Shown here piece after piece: positions 47,042 through 56,180 of a stretch of 64,000 nt of DNA. The notes beneath the pieces are model-generated. The model was not told where the DNA came from and made no database searches. It saw only the letters and a program-made list of their open reading frames with translations. The stretch lies in the NCBI GenBank assembly GCA_020720765.1, contig DYOB01000002.1:11039-75038 (forward strand), written 5' to 3'. How positions within the stretch are numbered: the first letter of the stretch is position 1; each line of letters starts with the position of its first letter. Position numbers and translations under genes: made by a program. Origin of the DNA: Borreliella garinii. GTDB taxonomy: Bacteria > Spirochaetota > Spirochaetia > JABEVK01.

Positions 47042-48151
47042 ATGCCGACACCTAAAACAACCTCTCTTAAGAAAGCTCGTCTACTCTACCATAAAAAAAA
47101 ATATTCCGAAGTTATTTCCCTTTTGGAAAAAGATATCTTTCAATACTATGAAGATGTGGAGTACTTTTTAGTCCTGGGTTCTTCCTTTTTTGCTACAGGT
47201 GATTTATCCGGAGCCGACGCTTTTTTTCAGCGTATCAATAAAATTGATCAAAAAAACATAGAAGCTTTACTGGGGTTGTGTCTTATTTCCACTATTCGTG
47301 GTGACGTACCAAAGGCGGTTAAAAAAGCCTTGGAAGTCCTGGATATTTTACCTCACGAACCCAGAGCTTCTAAGATCCTGAATATTCTCAGAAAAAAAAT
47401 CTCAAAAGACGAGTTAAGGGCTTGGACCCATTCGCGTGATTTCTTAAAATTTTATCCCAAAGTTCCCGGAAAACAACCACCATATAAAGCTTTATTTTTA
47501 ACGACATTCGGTTTGATTCTTGTTTCCACTTCAATTCTTTTGTTCCCATGGGTTTCATCGACTTTTTTTTCTGGACCCAAACCGGAAAACCTCAGACCGG
47601 GAATTAAAGAACGCGGAATCGAGGGTATGACTGAACTTATAAAATTCAGCGGCGGCTTCACTGAAATTTTAAGGGTGGACGAAATCCAAGCACTTTTTAA
47701 GGAGATTCAGGATCTCTTGCAGGAGTACCGCGATAACGAGGCCAGAAAACTTATGAATAGGCTTTTGAGATCCAACGCTTCAGATTCTGTTAAGGAACAG
47801 GTTTATGCCCTTTTCGAACTCCTTCAGAAACCTGATTTTACAAGTAAGATTTTCCCTTATACACTAAAAGAGATTTCAGACGACCCCGGACTTTACCAAG
47901 GTGTTTTTGTCCGTTGGCAGGGGAGTGTTGCCAATTTGGAAGTCCTGGAAGAGAATATCATCTTTGATTTGCTCGTGGGTTATCACGAGGGGAGGATCCT
48001 CGAGGGTGTAGCTAAGGCTGAATTGGGTTTTGCAGTTCGTGTCGATAACGGTGACCCCGTCGATGTCTTGGCACAAATAAAAGTTTCCGAGACTGGTTGG
48101 AACCTAGTAGTTCAAAGTATCCACGTTATGGGCGTGCGGAGAAGTCCTTGA
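47042..48151 (+). CDS. Hypothetical TPR-containing membrane protein.
   Basis: 369 aa with N-terminal TPR-like repeats, a central TM helix (ALFLTTFGLILVSTSILLFPWV) and a C-terminal domain. The gene contains A9, A8 and T8 homopolymer tracts. Confidence 0.5.
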   Translation: MPTPKTTSLKKARLLYHKKKYSEVISLLEKDIFQYYEDVEYFLVLGSSFFATGDLSGADAFFQRINKIDQKNIEALLGLCLISTIRGDVPKAVKKALEVLDILPHEPRASKILNILRKKISKDELRAWTHSRDFLKFYPKVPGKQPPYKALFLTTFGLILVSTSILLFPWVSSTFFSGPKPENLRPGIKERGIEGMTELIKFSGGFTEILRVDEIQALFKEIQDLLQEYRDNEARKLMNRLLRSNASDSVKEQVYALFELLQKPDFTSKIFPYTLKEISDDPGLYQGVFVRWQGSVANLEVLEENIIFDLLVGYHEGRILEGVAKAELGFAVRVDNGDPVDVLAQIKVSETGWNLVVQSIHVMGVRRSP

Positions 48152-48591
48152 GAATTTTGCTTCAAAGAGTTCTTCACGCTTCTGTAGAAATCGAGAAGAC
48201 ACTTTTTTCTGCCATTGGTCATGGACTTCTCTGTTTTGTAGGTTTTAAAAAGGGAGATACTTCCGAAGTCCTTTTTAAAATGATCAACAGGGTTCGAGGA
48301 CTAAGAGTTTTTCCCGATGAAAATGGTAAAATGAATCTTTCCGTGGAAGATATCGGTGGAGAAATTCTTCTTGTAAGCCAATTCACGCTTTATGCCAACA
48401 CCCAAAAAGGCAGGAGACCTGGTTTTGATTTATGTCTCGAATCAGAGAAAGCACAGCCACTATTTCAAGAATTTTGCGAAATGTTTAAAAACATGGATTT
48501 GAAGGTTAAAACTGGTGTTTTCCAGGCTGATATGAAAATTTCCCTTACTAACGACGGACCCGTTACAATTCTTCTCGATACTGAGCCTTAA
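48097..48591 (+). CDS. dtd: D-aminoacyl-tRNA deacylase.
   Basis: Dtd motifs (ILLQRVLHASVEIE, SQFTLYANTQKGRRPGF, GPVTILLDTEP). The biological start is probably TTG at 48148, giving MRILLQRV; the longer ORF from 48097 overlaps the upstream gene. Confidence 0.85.
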   Translation: MEPSSSKYPRYGRAEKSLRILLQRVLHASVEIEKTLFSAIGHGLLCFVGFKKGDTSEVLFKMINRVRGLRVFPDENGKMNLSVEDIGGEILLVSQFTLYANTQKGRRPGFDLCLESEKAQPLFQEFCEMFKNMDLKVKTGVFQADMKISLTNDGPVTILLDTEP

Positions 48592-48639
48592 ACACAAGCA
48601 AACCTGACTTTTTTTGGTTAATGTTATATAGGAGATAGT

Positions 48640-49776
48640 ATGGCGAAAAAAGATTCGGGGACACCCCCTTTACAAATCAATACCTTGGCAGCGGACAAGG
48701 TAAAAGCTCTGGAGGCTGCTCGGCTTCAAATTGAAAAGCAATTCGGAAAGGGGTCTTTGATTAAAATGGGGGACAGTCCCCTGCAACTTGGGATAGAAGT
48801 CATTCCTAGCGGATCGATCCTTTTGGATGAAGCCCTAGGTGTCGGCGGCTACCCAAAAGGTAGGATTATTGAAATCTTTGGTCCTGAATCATCGGGAAAG
48901 ACGACACTTGCTTTACACGCAATAGCCGAAAGTCAGAAGATGGGCGGCATAGCCGCGTTTATCGACGCAGAGCACGCCCTCGATCCTTCCTATGCTAAAA
49001 ACCTCGGTGTTAATATCGACGAATTATGGGTAAGCCAACCTGACACTGGAGAACAAGCCCTAGAAATAGCCGAATCGCTAGTAAGGTCCGGTAGTGTCGA
49101 TATCATCGTCGTGGACTCGGTAGCGGCATTAACCCCGCAGGCGGAGATAGACGGCGATATGGGGGATTCCCATGTAGGACTTCAAGCGAGGTTGATGAGC
49201 CAGGCTCTACGAAAACTCACTGGTATAATCTCAAAAAGCGGGTCGTGCATAGTTTTTATCAACCAAATCCGCATGAAAATCGGGGTGATGTTCGGAAGCC
49301 CCGAAACGACGACAGGGGGAAATGCCCTAAAATTTTATTCTTCATTGAGACTCGATGTTCGAAAAATTGAAACTATTTCCAAAGGTCAAGACGACGCCAT
49401 CGGGAATATGGTACGCGTTAAGGTGGTCAAAAATAAAGTTGCTCCTCCTTTCCGCAAGGCTGAAATGGAAATTTTCTTTGGAAAAGGCATTTCAAGTGTG
49501 GGAAGCCTCCTGGATGCGGCCATCAAATACGAAATCATAGCCAAAAGCGGTTCATGGTATAGTTACGGCGAAGAGAGGATAGGGCAGGGAAGGGACAACA
49601 CTAGAGACTATCTTGAAGCCCACCCGGAATTGCTTGCCGACCTAGAAAAAAAGGTAAGGACAAAAATTTTCCCGGCTAAACAAGCGAAAGAAGATTCCCT
49701 TAAGCCTGTACCTAAGCCTTCGCCTTCCCCGAAGACGGAGAAACCCCAAGAACCCGATGAACTACCCTTGGAGTAA
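48640..49776 (+). CDS. recA: Recombinase RecA.
   Basis: 378 aa with Walker A site GPESSGKTT, an L1/L2 loop region and the canonical RecA core ([11 protein letters not shown]...VDSVAAL). No intein is present. Confidence 0.95.
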   Translation: MAKKDSGTPPLQINTLAADKVKALEAARLQIEKQFGKGSLIKMGDSPLQLGIEVIPSGSILLDEALGVGGYPKGRIIEIFGPESSGKTTLALHAIAESQKMGGIAAFIDAEHALDPSYAKNLGVNIDELWVSQPDTGEQALEIAESLVRSGSVDIIVVDSVAALTPQAEIDGDMGDSHVGLQARLMSQALRKLTGIISKSGSCIVFINQIRMKIGVMFGSPETTTGGNALKFYSSLRLDVRKIETISKGQDDAIGNMVRVKVVKNKVAPPFRKAEMEIFFGKGISSVGSLLDAAIKYEIIAKSGSWYSYGEERIGQGRDNTRDYLEAHPELLADLEKKVRTKIFPAKQAKEDSLKPVPKPSPSPKTEKPQEPDELPLE

Positions 49777-49778
49777 AT

Positions 49779-50270
49779 TTGAGGGATATCTACCTAGGAT
49801 TGGGTTCGAATATTGGCGACTCGGTCCGGGAATTTTCAAAAGTTGTTCAGGAAGTTAATAATCTTTTTCACGGTATTGTAACTGCTTCTGTCTATAGGTC
49901 TCTGAGTTTCTACGACTCTTCCCAGCCTGATTATTTCAACACGTGTATTAAATTCTCAACGGATTGGCCTGCGACAGATATCTTGAGTCTTGCACAAACT
50001 TGGGAAAACCAGGCTGGAAGACCCTTTCCGCGAGGGAAGAGTCGCCTTGCACGGACTCTCGATATTGATATTCTCTTGGTCGGGGAAGAAATTCTTGATT
50101 TTCCCGACCTTAAAGTTCCCCATCCGGAAATGACTCAACGTGGATTTGTTCTTTTCCCCTTACTAGAAATTTACCCTGAAGGAAGGCACCCCTCTACAGG
50201 ACTATCTTTTAAATGTTATCTTGAAAAAATACCTGATCAAGGTGTTTACTTACTAGGACCGCTTCCATAA
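49779..50270 (+). CDS. folK: 2-amino-4-hydroxy-6-hydroxymethyldihydropteridine pyrophosphokinase (HPPK).
   Basis: 163 aa with HPPK motifs (YLGLGSNIGD, RTLDIDIL, P...HPEMTQRGFVLFPL). Confidence 0.85.
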   Translation: MRDIYLGLGSNIGDSVREFSKVVQEVNNLFHGIVTASVYRSLSFYDSSQPDYFNTCIKFSTDWPATDILSLAQTWENQAGRPFPRGKSRLARTLDIDILLVGEEILDFPDLKVPHPEMTQRGFVLFPLLEIYPEGRHPSTGLSFKCYLEKIPDQGVYLLGPLP

Positions 50271-50280
50271 AATAGAGGAC

Positions 50281-51015
50281 ATGGAAGCCGCAGGTCAAAA
50301 AACCTACCACGTAGGCGAATTCGATGGTCCTTTAGACCTATTATTATTTCTTGTAAGAAAGAACGAAGTCAATATCTACGATATACCTGTTGCTCTGATA
50401 ACCGAGCAATACCTGACATATCTAAAAAATTCTCAAAGACCGGGCCTGGATGATATGACCGAATTCTATATCATGGCTGCGACCCTGCTCTATATTAAAA
50501 GCAGAATGCTTCTACCCATCCCTGATGATGGAGACGATTCATGGGACGATCCCAGAAGAGAGCTTGTAGAAAAACTTATCGAACACCAGAAATTCAGACA
50601 ACTTGGCGAGATGTTATCCGATACGTACGAGGAATCCGAATGGACAGTGGAAAGAAAAAAACAGGAAAGATTCCTTCCATTCGAGGAAAAGGATGCTTGG
50701 GACAAAATCACCATCTGGGACCTTCTTAAAAGTTTCAACGGAATAATGAAAGGCCTGACTCCCGAAGCTGTTTTTAACCTTTATGAAGAAATTTCTGTCA
50801 ATGAAAAAATCACCCTTGTTTACGAATTTCTTGAAAAACAAAACTCCTTTCTTTTTCTCGATCTTGTCACGCGTCCACAAAGTCCTATGGACGTCGTATG
50901 CGCTTTTTTAGCTGTTCTCGAACTAGTAAAAGGAAAACGTATCGCAGTGTTTCAAAATAAACTGTTTGGCGAAATCCAAATACGCGGTCTAATAGAGGAA
51001 GGGGAAGGTGAATAA
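50281..51015 (+). CDS. scpA: Segregation and condensation protein A.
   Basis: 244 aa with the ScpA N-terminal motif (FDGPLDLLLFLVRKNEVNIYDIPVALITEQYL). Confidence 0.85.
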   Translation: MEAAGQKTYHVGEFDGPLDLLLFLVRKNEVNIYDIPVALITEQYLTYLKNSQRPGLDDMTEFYIMAATLLYIKSRMLLPIPDDGDDSWDDPRRELVEKLIEHQKFRQLGEMLSDTYEESEWTVERKKQERFLPFEEKDAWDKITIWDLLKSFNGIMKGLTPEAVFNLYEEISVNEKITLVYEFLEKQNSFLFLDLVTRPQSPMDVVCAFLAVLELVKGKRIAVFQNKLFGEIQIRGLIEEGEGE

Positions 51016-51550
51016 GGAAGCTGCTATAATCGAAGCGGTTTTATTTTTAGAAAATGAACCTATCGAGATGAAAAAACTTTCCAAAATTACCCAACTGTCC
51101 CGGGAAGTGTTAGATTCTGCCCTTCGAGTACTTCAAGAAAAATATATGTCCGAACAAAGCGGTCTGGAACTCAGTAGTATTGGTGGTGGATGGTCCCTTG
51201 TACCTAAAAAAGAACTTTGGGTCATCCTAAAAGAAACTTATGGGAAGAAAACCGACGATAAACTCAGTAAGGCCGCACTTGAAACACTTTCCATCATCGC
51301 CTACAGTCAACCGTTGACCCGCCCTGAAATGGAAAGTATCAGAGGGGTGAATGTTTCGACTGTTTTAAAAATGCTTGAAGAAAGGGATCTAATCAAGGAA
51401 GTAGGCCGCAAAGACGCACCGGGCCGTCCAGTCCAGTACGGGACGACGAAAGAATTTTTAAAAGTCTTTCATTTAAATTCTTTAGCTGAACTTCCGCGTC
51501 TGAATGAAATTGATGAAGGAAAATTTGAACTTGAAGGAAGACAGTCTTAG
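51008..51550 (+). CDS. scpB: Segregation and condensation protein B.
   Basis: 180 aa with ScpB winged-helix motifs (ALETLSIIAYSQPLTRPEMESIRGVNVSTVLKML...GRPVQYGTT). Confidence 0.85.
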   Translation: MNKEAAIIEAVLFLENEPIEMKKLSKITQLSREVLDSALRVLQEKYMSEQSGLELSSIGGGWSLVPKKELWVILKETYGKKTDDKLSKAALETLSIIAYSQPLTRPEMESIRGVNVSTVLKMLEERDLIKEVGRKDAPGRPVQYGTTKEFLKVFHLNSLAELPRLNEIDEGKFELEGRQS

Positions 51551-52256
51551 GCTCCAAACACTTCTCTCCCAGAGTGGACTCTGCTCCCGAAGGGGTGCAG
51601 TAGAAATTTTGTCCTCAGGCAGAGTCTCGGTCAATGGAATTGTTGCCAGTGAACCAGGTTTGAGAATTTTATCAACAGATAAGGTTCAAATCGATGGAAA
51701 GGATATTCAGAGGGACAATGAAAAAAAATATATAGTTTTACATAAACCCAGCGGGGTATTATCCAGCCGCTTTGACCCTGAGGGCCGGCCGCTCGTTATG
51801 GATTATATTCCCGATGCCGGGAAATGGGGACTTTACCCGGTTGGACGCTTGGATTATTATTCAGAGGGGCTGATATTTTTAACGAACGACGGTTACTGGG
51901 CTCAGACTTTTATTCGACCGCGAAACAAGGTTGAAAAAGAGTACGAGGTTACGACGACGAGGGTAGTGGATCGAAGCCAGTGGGAGCTTTATGAAAAGGG
52001 TATCACGGTCGAAGGTGTCCGTTATAAGGCTGTGAAGGTGAGTATGATTCACCCCATTAAAGTTAGAATCCTCTTGCACGAAGGGAAAAATCGAGAAATA
52101 CGCCGTGTTGTGGAAGTATTAGGCGCAAAAGTTCGTCATCTTGTGAGGATTCGAATCGGGACTTTAACGATCGAAGGTTTAAAAAAGGGGGAATGGCGAT
52201 ACCTGACAGAGCAGGAAATCATTTCTTTCGGGAGAAAACTTGATACTCACCATTGA
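51504..52256 (+). CDS. rluB: 23S rRNA pseudouridine synthase, RluB/RsuA family.
   Basis: An S4 domain (LQTLLSQSGLCSRRGAVEIL...VSVNG) plus the catalytic motif VGRLDYYSEGLIFLTNDG. A second ATG at 51513 may be the real start. Confidence 0.8.
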   Translation: MKLMKENLNLKEDSLRLQTLLSQSGLCSRRGAVEILSSGRVSVNGIVASEPGLRILSTDKVQIDGKDIQRDNEKKYIVLHKPSGVLSSRFDPEGRPLVMDYIPDAGKWGLYPVGRLDYYSEGLIFLTNDGYWAQTFIRPRNKVEKEYEVTTTRVVDRSQWELYEKGITVEGVRYKAVKVSMIHPIKVRILLHEGKNREIRRVVEVLGAKVRHLVRIRIGTLTIEGLKKGEWRYLTEQEIISFGRKLDTHH

Positions 52257-52878
52257 TGGCCCAGCTGGCAGCGGGAAGAGTACCTTGGCAAGAAAACTGG
52301 CTGAAATTCTTGGTTGGCTGCATATCAATTCAGGACTTTTTTATAGAAAAGCCGGTTCGATGCACCATGAACCAGTGCTTACAGAAGAAAGTAAAAAACT
52401 CCTGCTCCATAAATTTCAGAAATACCTCGACGAAAATATAGAAAAATTACCGCAAACCCTTGATAAAGAGGAAGAACTCAAAACAAGTTTATCCGGTAAC
52501 AAGGCGAGTTTAGTAAGTGCCATACCCGAATTGAGAGAACAGATCAATTCTTTCCTACGAAAAAAATCAGAAGGAAAAAATATCGTGGCAGAAGGACGAG
52601 ACATGAGTACCGAGGCTTTTCCAGAAGCTGAAATACAGGTTTATCTCGATGCAAAACCCGAAGAAAGGGCCCAAAGACGTTGGAAGGAAGAAGGCGGAGA
52701 CCCTGATAAAATTCTGAAAGAAATTCTAGAACGGGACGACAAGGATAAAAATAAAGCCGTAGGCGCTCTAAGGGTATCTCCTAATGCCTGGATCATTGAG
52801 AACACGTACTTGACCATCGACCAACTTTGTGAGAAAGTGTTGGTAAAACTGAATAAGATGACAGGACAAGGGGAATAA
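52240..52878 (+). CDS. cmk: Cytidylate kinase.
   Basis: P-loop ILTIDGPAGSGKSTLARKLA and the Cmk LID/NMP-binding pattern. Confidence 0.85.
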   Translation: MILTIDGPAGSGKSTLARKLAEILGWLHINSGLFYRKAGSMHHEPVLTEESKKLLLHKFQKYLDENIEKLPQTLDKEEELKTSLSGNKASLVSAIPELREQINSFLRKKSEGKNIVAEGRDMSTEAFPEAEIQVYLDAKPEERAQRRWKEEGGDPDKILKEILERDDKDKNKAVGALRVSPNAWIIENTYLTIDQLCEKVLVKLNKMTGQGE

Positions 52879-54554
52879 TGAATATGTTGGATGACCTCAG
52901 CCAGAGCCAGCTCCAAGAGGACTTTCTTAAAAACATGCCGAAACTTGAGGAAGGAAACCTTATAGACGGCATCGTAGTTGAGGTTAGAGAAAACGCTATT
53001 ATAGTGGACGTGGGATTAAAATCCGAAGGCATCATTCCTCGTGAAGAATTTGACGAACTGCCGAAAATCGGTGAAAAATTCAAGCTTAAACTTTTAAAAA
53101 GAGAAACAAACGATGGCTCTGTTCACGTTTCTAAGAGACTTGCCGACGGCCTATATTATAGAAAGGTTCTTGAAGAAGCATCGAAAGATAAAAAACCTGT
53201 GAGTGGAAAAATTACCTCCACCATTAAGGGCGGATATCAGGTAGACCTGGGTTTTGGATTCAGCGGCTTTTTACCGCAGTCCAAGGCTGACGCCGAAAGG
53301 ATTGAAAATCCTGATGACCTTTTAGGAACGAAGGGCAACTTTTATATAGAAAAACTGGAACTGGGGCGAAAAACAAACATCGTTCTTAACCGGCGGGATC
53401 TTATGATCGAAGAGATCAAGAAACGCCGAGAAGATTTTTTCACCAAGATTCAAATAGGCGACGAAGTAGAAGGAACAGTGAAGAGCTTCACAAGTTTTGG
53501 TGCCTTCGTAGACCTCGGCGGATTTGATGGTCTCCTTCATATCAACGATATGAGCTGGGGGCATATGACGAGTCCCCGGGAAATTGTGAAAAAGGGTGAC
53601 GTGATCAAACTTAAAGTCATTCGCATCGACCCGGAAACAAAACGCATCAATCTCAGCATCAAACATTTCTATGAAGATCCTTGGGCGAGTTTCGAAGATC
53701 ACTTCCATATAGATGATGTGGTTTCCGGAACTGTGACTAAACTCACCGATTTTGGTGCTTTTATTCAGATAGCTGAAGGTATAGAAGGGCTTGCTCATAT
53801 TTCTGAATTCTCGTGGGTTAAAAGGGTAAGCCATCCTAAAGAATTCCTGAAGATCGGTGATTCTGTCAATGCTAAGATCCTTAGTTACGATCTACAACAA
53901 GGGAGAATCTCCCTCGGTCTCAAGCAAGTTGAGCAAAATCCTTGGGAACAGATGGAAGACAGCTATCCCATAGGTAAAGTCCTTGCAGTACCAGTGAAAA
54001 AAATTACTTCAGCCGGTGCGTTTGTAGAATTGGGCGGGGATATGGAAGCATTCCTTCATGTCGACGATATCAGTTGGACTAAAAAAGTAAAAAATCCTTC
54101 TTCCGAGCTTACTGAAGGTCAAACTATCGAAGTAAAAATACTTGAAGTCGACCCGGAATCCAGGCGCATTAAAGTTGGCATGAAACAAGTATCGGACGAT
54201 CCATGGAATGCGCTTAAATCATCCTATCACCGAGGCAGTTCTATCACCGGTACCATCACGAGTAAAACTGAATTCGGACTTTTTGTTCGCGTACCAGGAG
54301 GCCTGGAAGGATTGATTCCTAAGTCTCAAATTACTGATAACCGTGATGAATCTGCTGATGTTGTTATGGAAAAATTTAATGTTGGTGACTCTATAACTGC
54401 CGCCATATTAGAAGTTTCCCCCGAGAAACAAAAAATGTCCTTGAGCCTGAAAGACTATATGCGTAAAAAAGAAAAAGAGGAAATTAGCCGTTTTATCCAC
54501 GAGGACGACGGTTCTTCCGGCTTCACTCTGGGTGATATGATTAAAAAGGACTAG
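52878..54554 (+). CDS. rpsA: 30S ribosomal protein S1.
   Basis: 558 aa with six S1 domain repeats (GxV...FGAFV...GLLHIS... recurring). Its start overlaps the cmk stop in a TAATG arrangement. Confidence 0.9.
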   Translation: MNMLDDLSQSQLQEDFLKNMPKLEEGNLIDGIVVEVRENAIIVDVGLKSEGIIPREEFDELPKIGEKFKLKLLKRETNDGSVHVSKRLADGLYYRKVLEEASKDKKPVSGKITSTIKGGYQVDLGFGFSGFLPQSKADAERIENPDDLLGTKGNFYIEKLELGRKTNIVLNRRDLMIEEIKKRREDFFTKIQIGDEVEGTVKSFTSFGAFVDLGGFDGLLHINDMSWGHMTSPREIVKKGDVIKLKVIRIDPETKRINLSIKHFYEDPWASFEDHFHIDDVVSGTVTKLTDFGAFIQIAEGIEGLAHISEFSWVKRVSHPKEFLKIGDSVNAKILSYDLQQGRISLGLKQVEQNPWEQMEDSYPIGKVLAVPVKKITSAGAFVELGGDMEAFLHVDDISWTKKVKNPSSELTEGQTIEVKILEVDPESRRIKVGMKQVSDDPWNALKSSYHRGSSITGTITSKTEFGLFVRVPGGLEGLIPKSQITDNRDESADVVMEKFNVGDSITAAILEVSPEKQKMSLSLKDYMRKKEKEEISRFIHEDDGSSGFTLGDMIKKD

Positions 54555-54557
54555 TTT

Positions 54558-55490
54558 TTGCCAGGTGACGAGGGAAACACTCAAGAATTATCTTTAGTGT
54601 TTCATTCTTCTACTATGAAAACTTTTTTAGTTCTTGCTGAAAAGTACGCTTTATCAGATAGTCCTGTTTTGCTTCTTGGTGAATCCGGTTCTGGTAAGGA
54701 AACACTTGCTTTTTGGATGCATAAACACAGCCGCAGAAGCAATGGGCCCTTTAAGGTACTCAATTGCGCTGCCTTACCCGAATCACTCGCCGAAAGTGAA
54801 CTTTTTGGCTATGAGAAGGGTGCTTTTTCCGATGCATACCAAGATAAAATGGGCCTTTTTGAACAAGCCGAAGGTGGAAGCCTTTACCTTGATGAAGTAG
54901 GGGAGTTGAGCCTTGCTGTCCAGGCGAAAATTCTACGGTTGGTTTCTTCGGGTGAACTCACAAAACTTGGAAGTGAAAAAACGAAAAATATTGATGTTAG
55001 AATTCTATCTTCCGCCTCTCAATTTCTCGAAGAAAAAGTCGAATCTGGAAATTTCCGAAGCGATCTTTTTTTTCGTCTTGGTGTTTTTCTTTTAAATATT
55101 CCTCCATTAAGGTCAAGGCTTGAAGACATTGTTCCTCTTGTCGAATCATTTTTCAGCTTCTATCAAGAAAAATACCAAAAAACAAAAATGGAACTGCCGG
55201 CATTTTTATGGAAAGATATTTTATCCCATTCATGGCCGGGAAATATCAGGGAACTTAAAAATTGGGCCGAACGCTGTGTGATTTTAAATCAGCCTTTAAA
55301 ACCAGGTTTCAGCCAAACAGGTGAGATATTGAATCCAAACTTGAGACAGGCAGTAGATATTTTTAAAAAAGAGTATATTCTTAAGATTCTTGAAAAACAT
55401 AGGGGAAATAAGACCCGTGCTTCAAAGGAGCTGGGAGTTCAGAGAACGTATTTGATTAAAATTTGTAAAGAAATGGGAGAGGAGAGTTAA
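54558..55490 (+). CDS. Stand-alone AAA+ protein related to sigma-54 activators (bacterial enhancer-binding proteins), with a C-terminal Fis-type HTH. It has no N-terminal sensor or receiver domain, and its GAFTGA motif is degenerate (GAFSDA).
   Basis: Walker A GESGSGKE; ESELFGYEKGAFSDA; Walker B LYLDEVGEL; R-finger/sensor II region FRSDLFFRLGVFLLNIPPLRSRLEDI...WPGNIRELKN; HTH TRASKELGVQRTYLIKICKEMG. The track start is TTG 54558; a more likely start is ATG at about 54615 (MKTFLVLAEKY). Confidence 0.8.
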   Translation: MPGDEGNTQELSLVFHSSTMKTFLVLAEKYALSDSPVLLLGESGSGKETLAFWMHKHSRRSNGPFKVLNCAALPESLAESELFGYEKGAFSDAYQDKMGLFEQAEGGSLYLDEVGELSLAVQAKILRLVSSGELTKLGSEKTKNIDVRILSSASQFLEEKVESGNFRSDLFFRLGVFLLNIPPLRSRLEDIVPLVESFFSFYQEKYQKTKMELPAFLWKDILSHSWPGNIRELKNWAERCVILNQPLKPGFSQTGEILNPNLRQAVDIFKKEYILKILEKHRGNKTRASKELGVQRTYLIKICKEMGEES

Positions 55491-56168
55491 ATGGAAAAAG
55501 AAGAGAATGGTTCTTTAATGACGGGTGTCACGAATTTTATACAAAAAAATCGTATACCCATTTTTGCTCTGGCAGGAATCATCGTTGTTGGACTAGTAGG
55601 TTTAGCAGTGTTTGGAATTCTTAAGACTACCGGTGATATGCAAGCTACCGAGATCGTGGACAGGGCATCCTTGAGGTTGGAAAAGTGGAAATCCCTTGAA
55701 GATACCGACCCGGTTAAAGCCGAGCATGAAACCGAAGCCATGGCTATCCTTAAACCTTTTCTAGATAATCCGTCTTCAGCCGCAGCTGGTGATAAGGCCT
55801 TATTCCTTGCGTCTCAGATTCAAGAAGAGAAAGGGAATATCGAGGAACAGGTTAACCTCCTCAATAAGATTCTGGAATTATTTCCGTCCTCTTTCCGCAA
55901 AATCGAGGTAAGTCTTAAACTGGTGAGCATCTATCAAAAACAGGGTAAAGTGTCAGAGGCCTTTATCATATTAGATAAACTTTTAGCTGATACCACAGTA
56001 CCGGGCTTTTTTAAAGAAGAAATCCTTTTTCAAAAGGGCAGTATGGTTGAAACAAGCGATAAAACAAAGGCTTTGGAATATTATAAAGAACTTGTTGACC
56101 TTTACCCTCTCAGCGATTGGACAAAATTGGCAAGGTCCCGTATAATTTACCTGGAACTCACGACCTAA
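55491..56168 (+). CDS. Membrane-anchored TPR-like protein.
   Basis: 225 aa with one N-terminal TM helix (IPIFALAGIIVVGLVGLAVFGIL) followed by helical TPR-like repeats. It directly abuts the upstream gene. Confidence 0.5.
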   Translation: MEKEENGSLMTGVTNFIQKNRIPIFALAGIIVVGLVGLAVFGILKTTGDMQATEIVDRASLRLEKWKSLEDTDPVKAEHETEAMAILKPFLDNPSSAAAGDKALFLASQIQEEKGNIEEQVNLLNKILELFPSSFRKIEVSLKLVSIYQKQGKVSEAFIILDKLLADTTVPGFFKEEILFQKGSMVETSDKTKALEYYKELVDLYPLSDWTKLARSRIIYLELTT

Positions 56169-56180
56169 ATAGGAGAAAAA

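Noticed and set aside
48604-48630. A candidate extended -10 promoter (TGtTATATA) just upstream of recA.
   Set aside because: It lies only about 10 nt from the ATG, which would place the GGAGA ribosome-binding site upstream of the transcription start. The recA promoter is more likely further upstream within the dtd 3' region.
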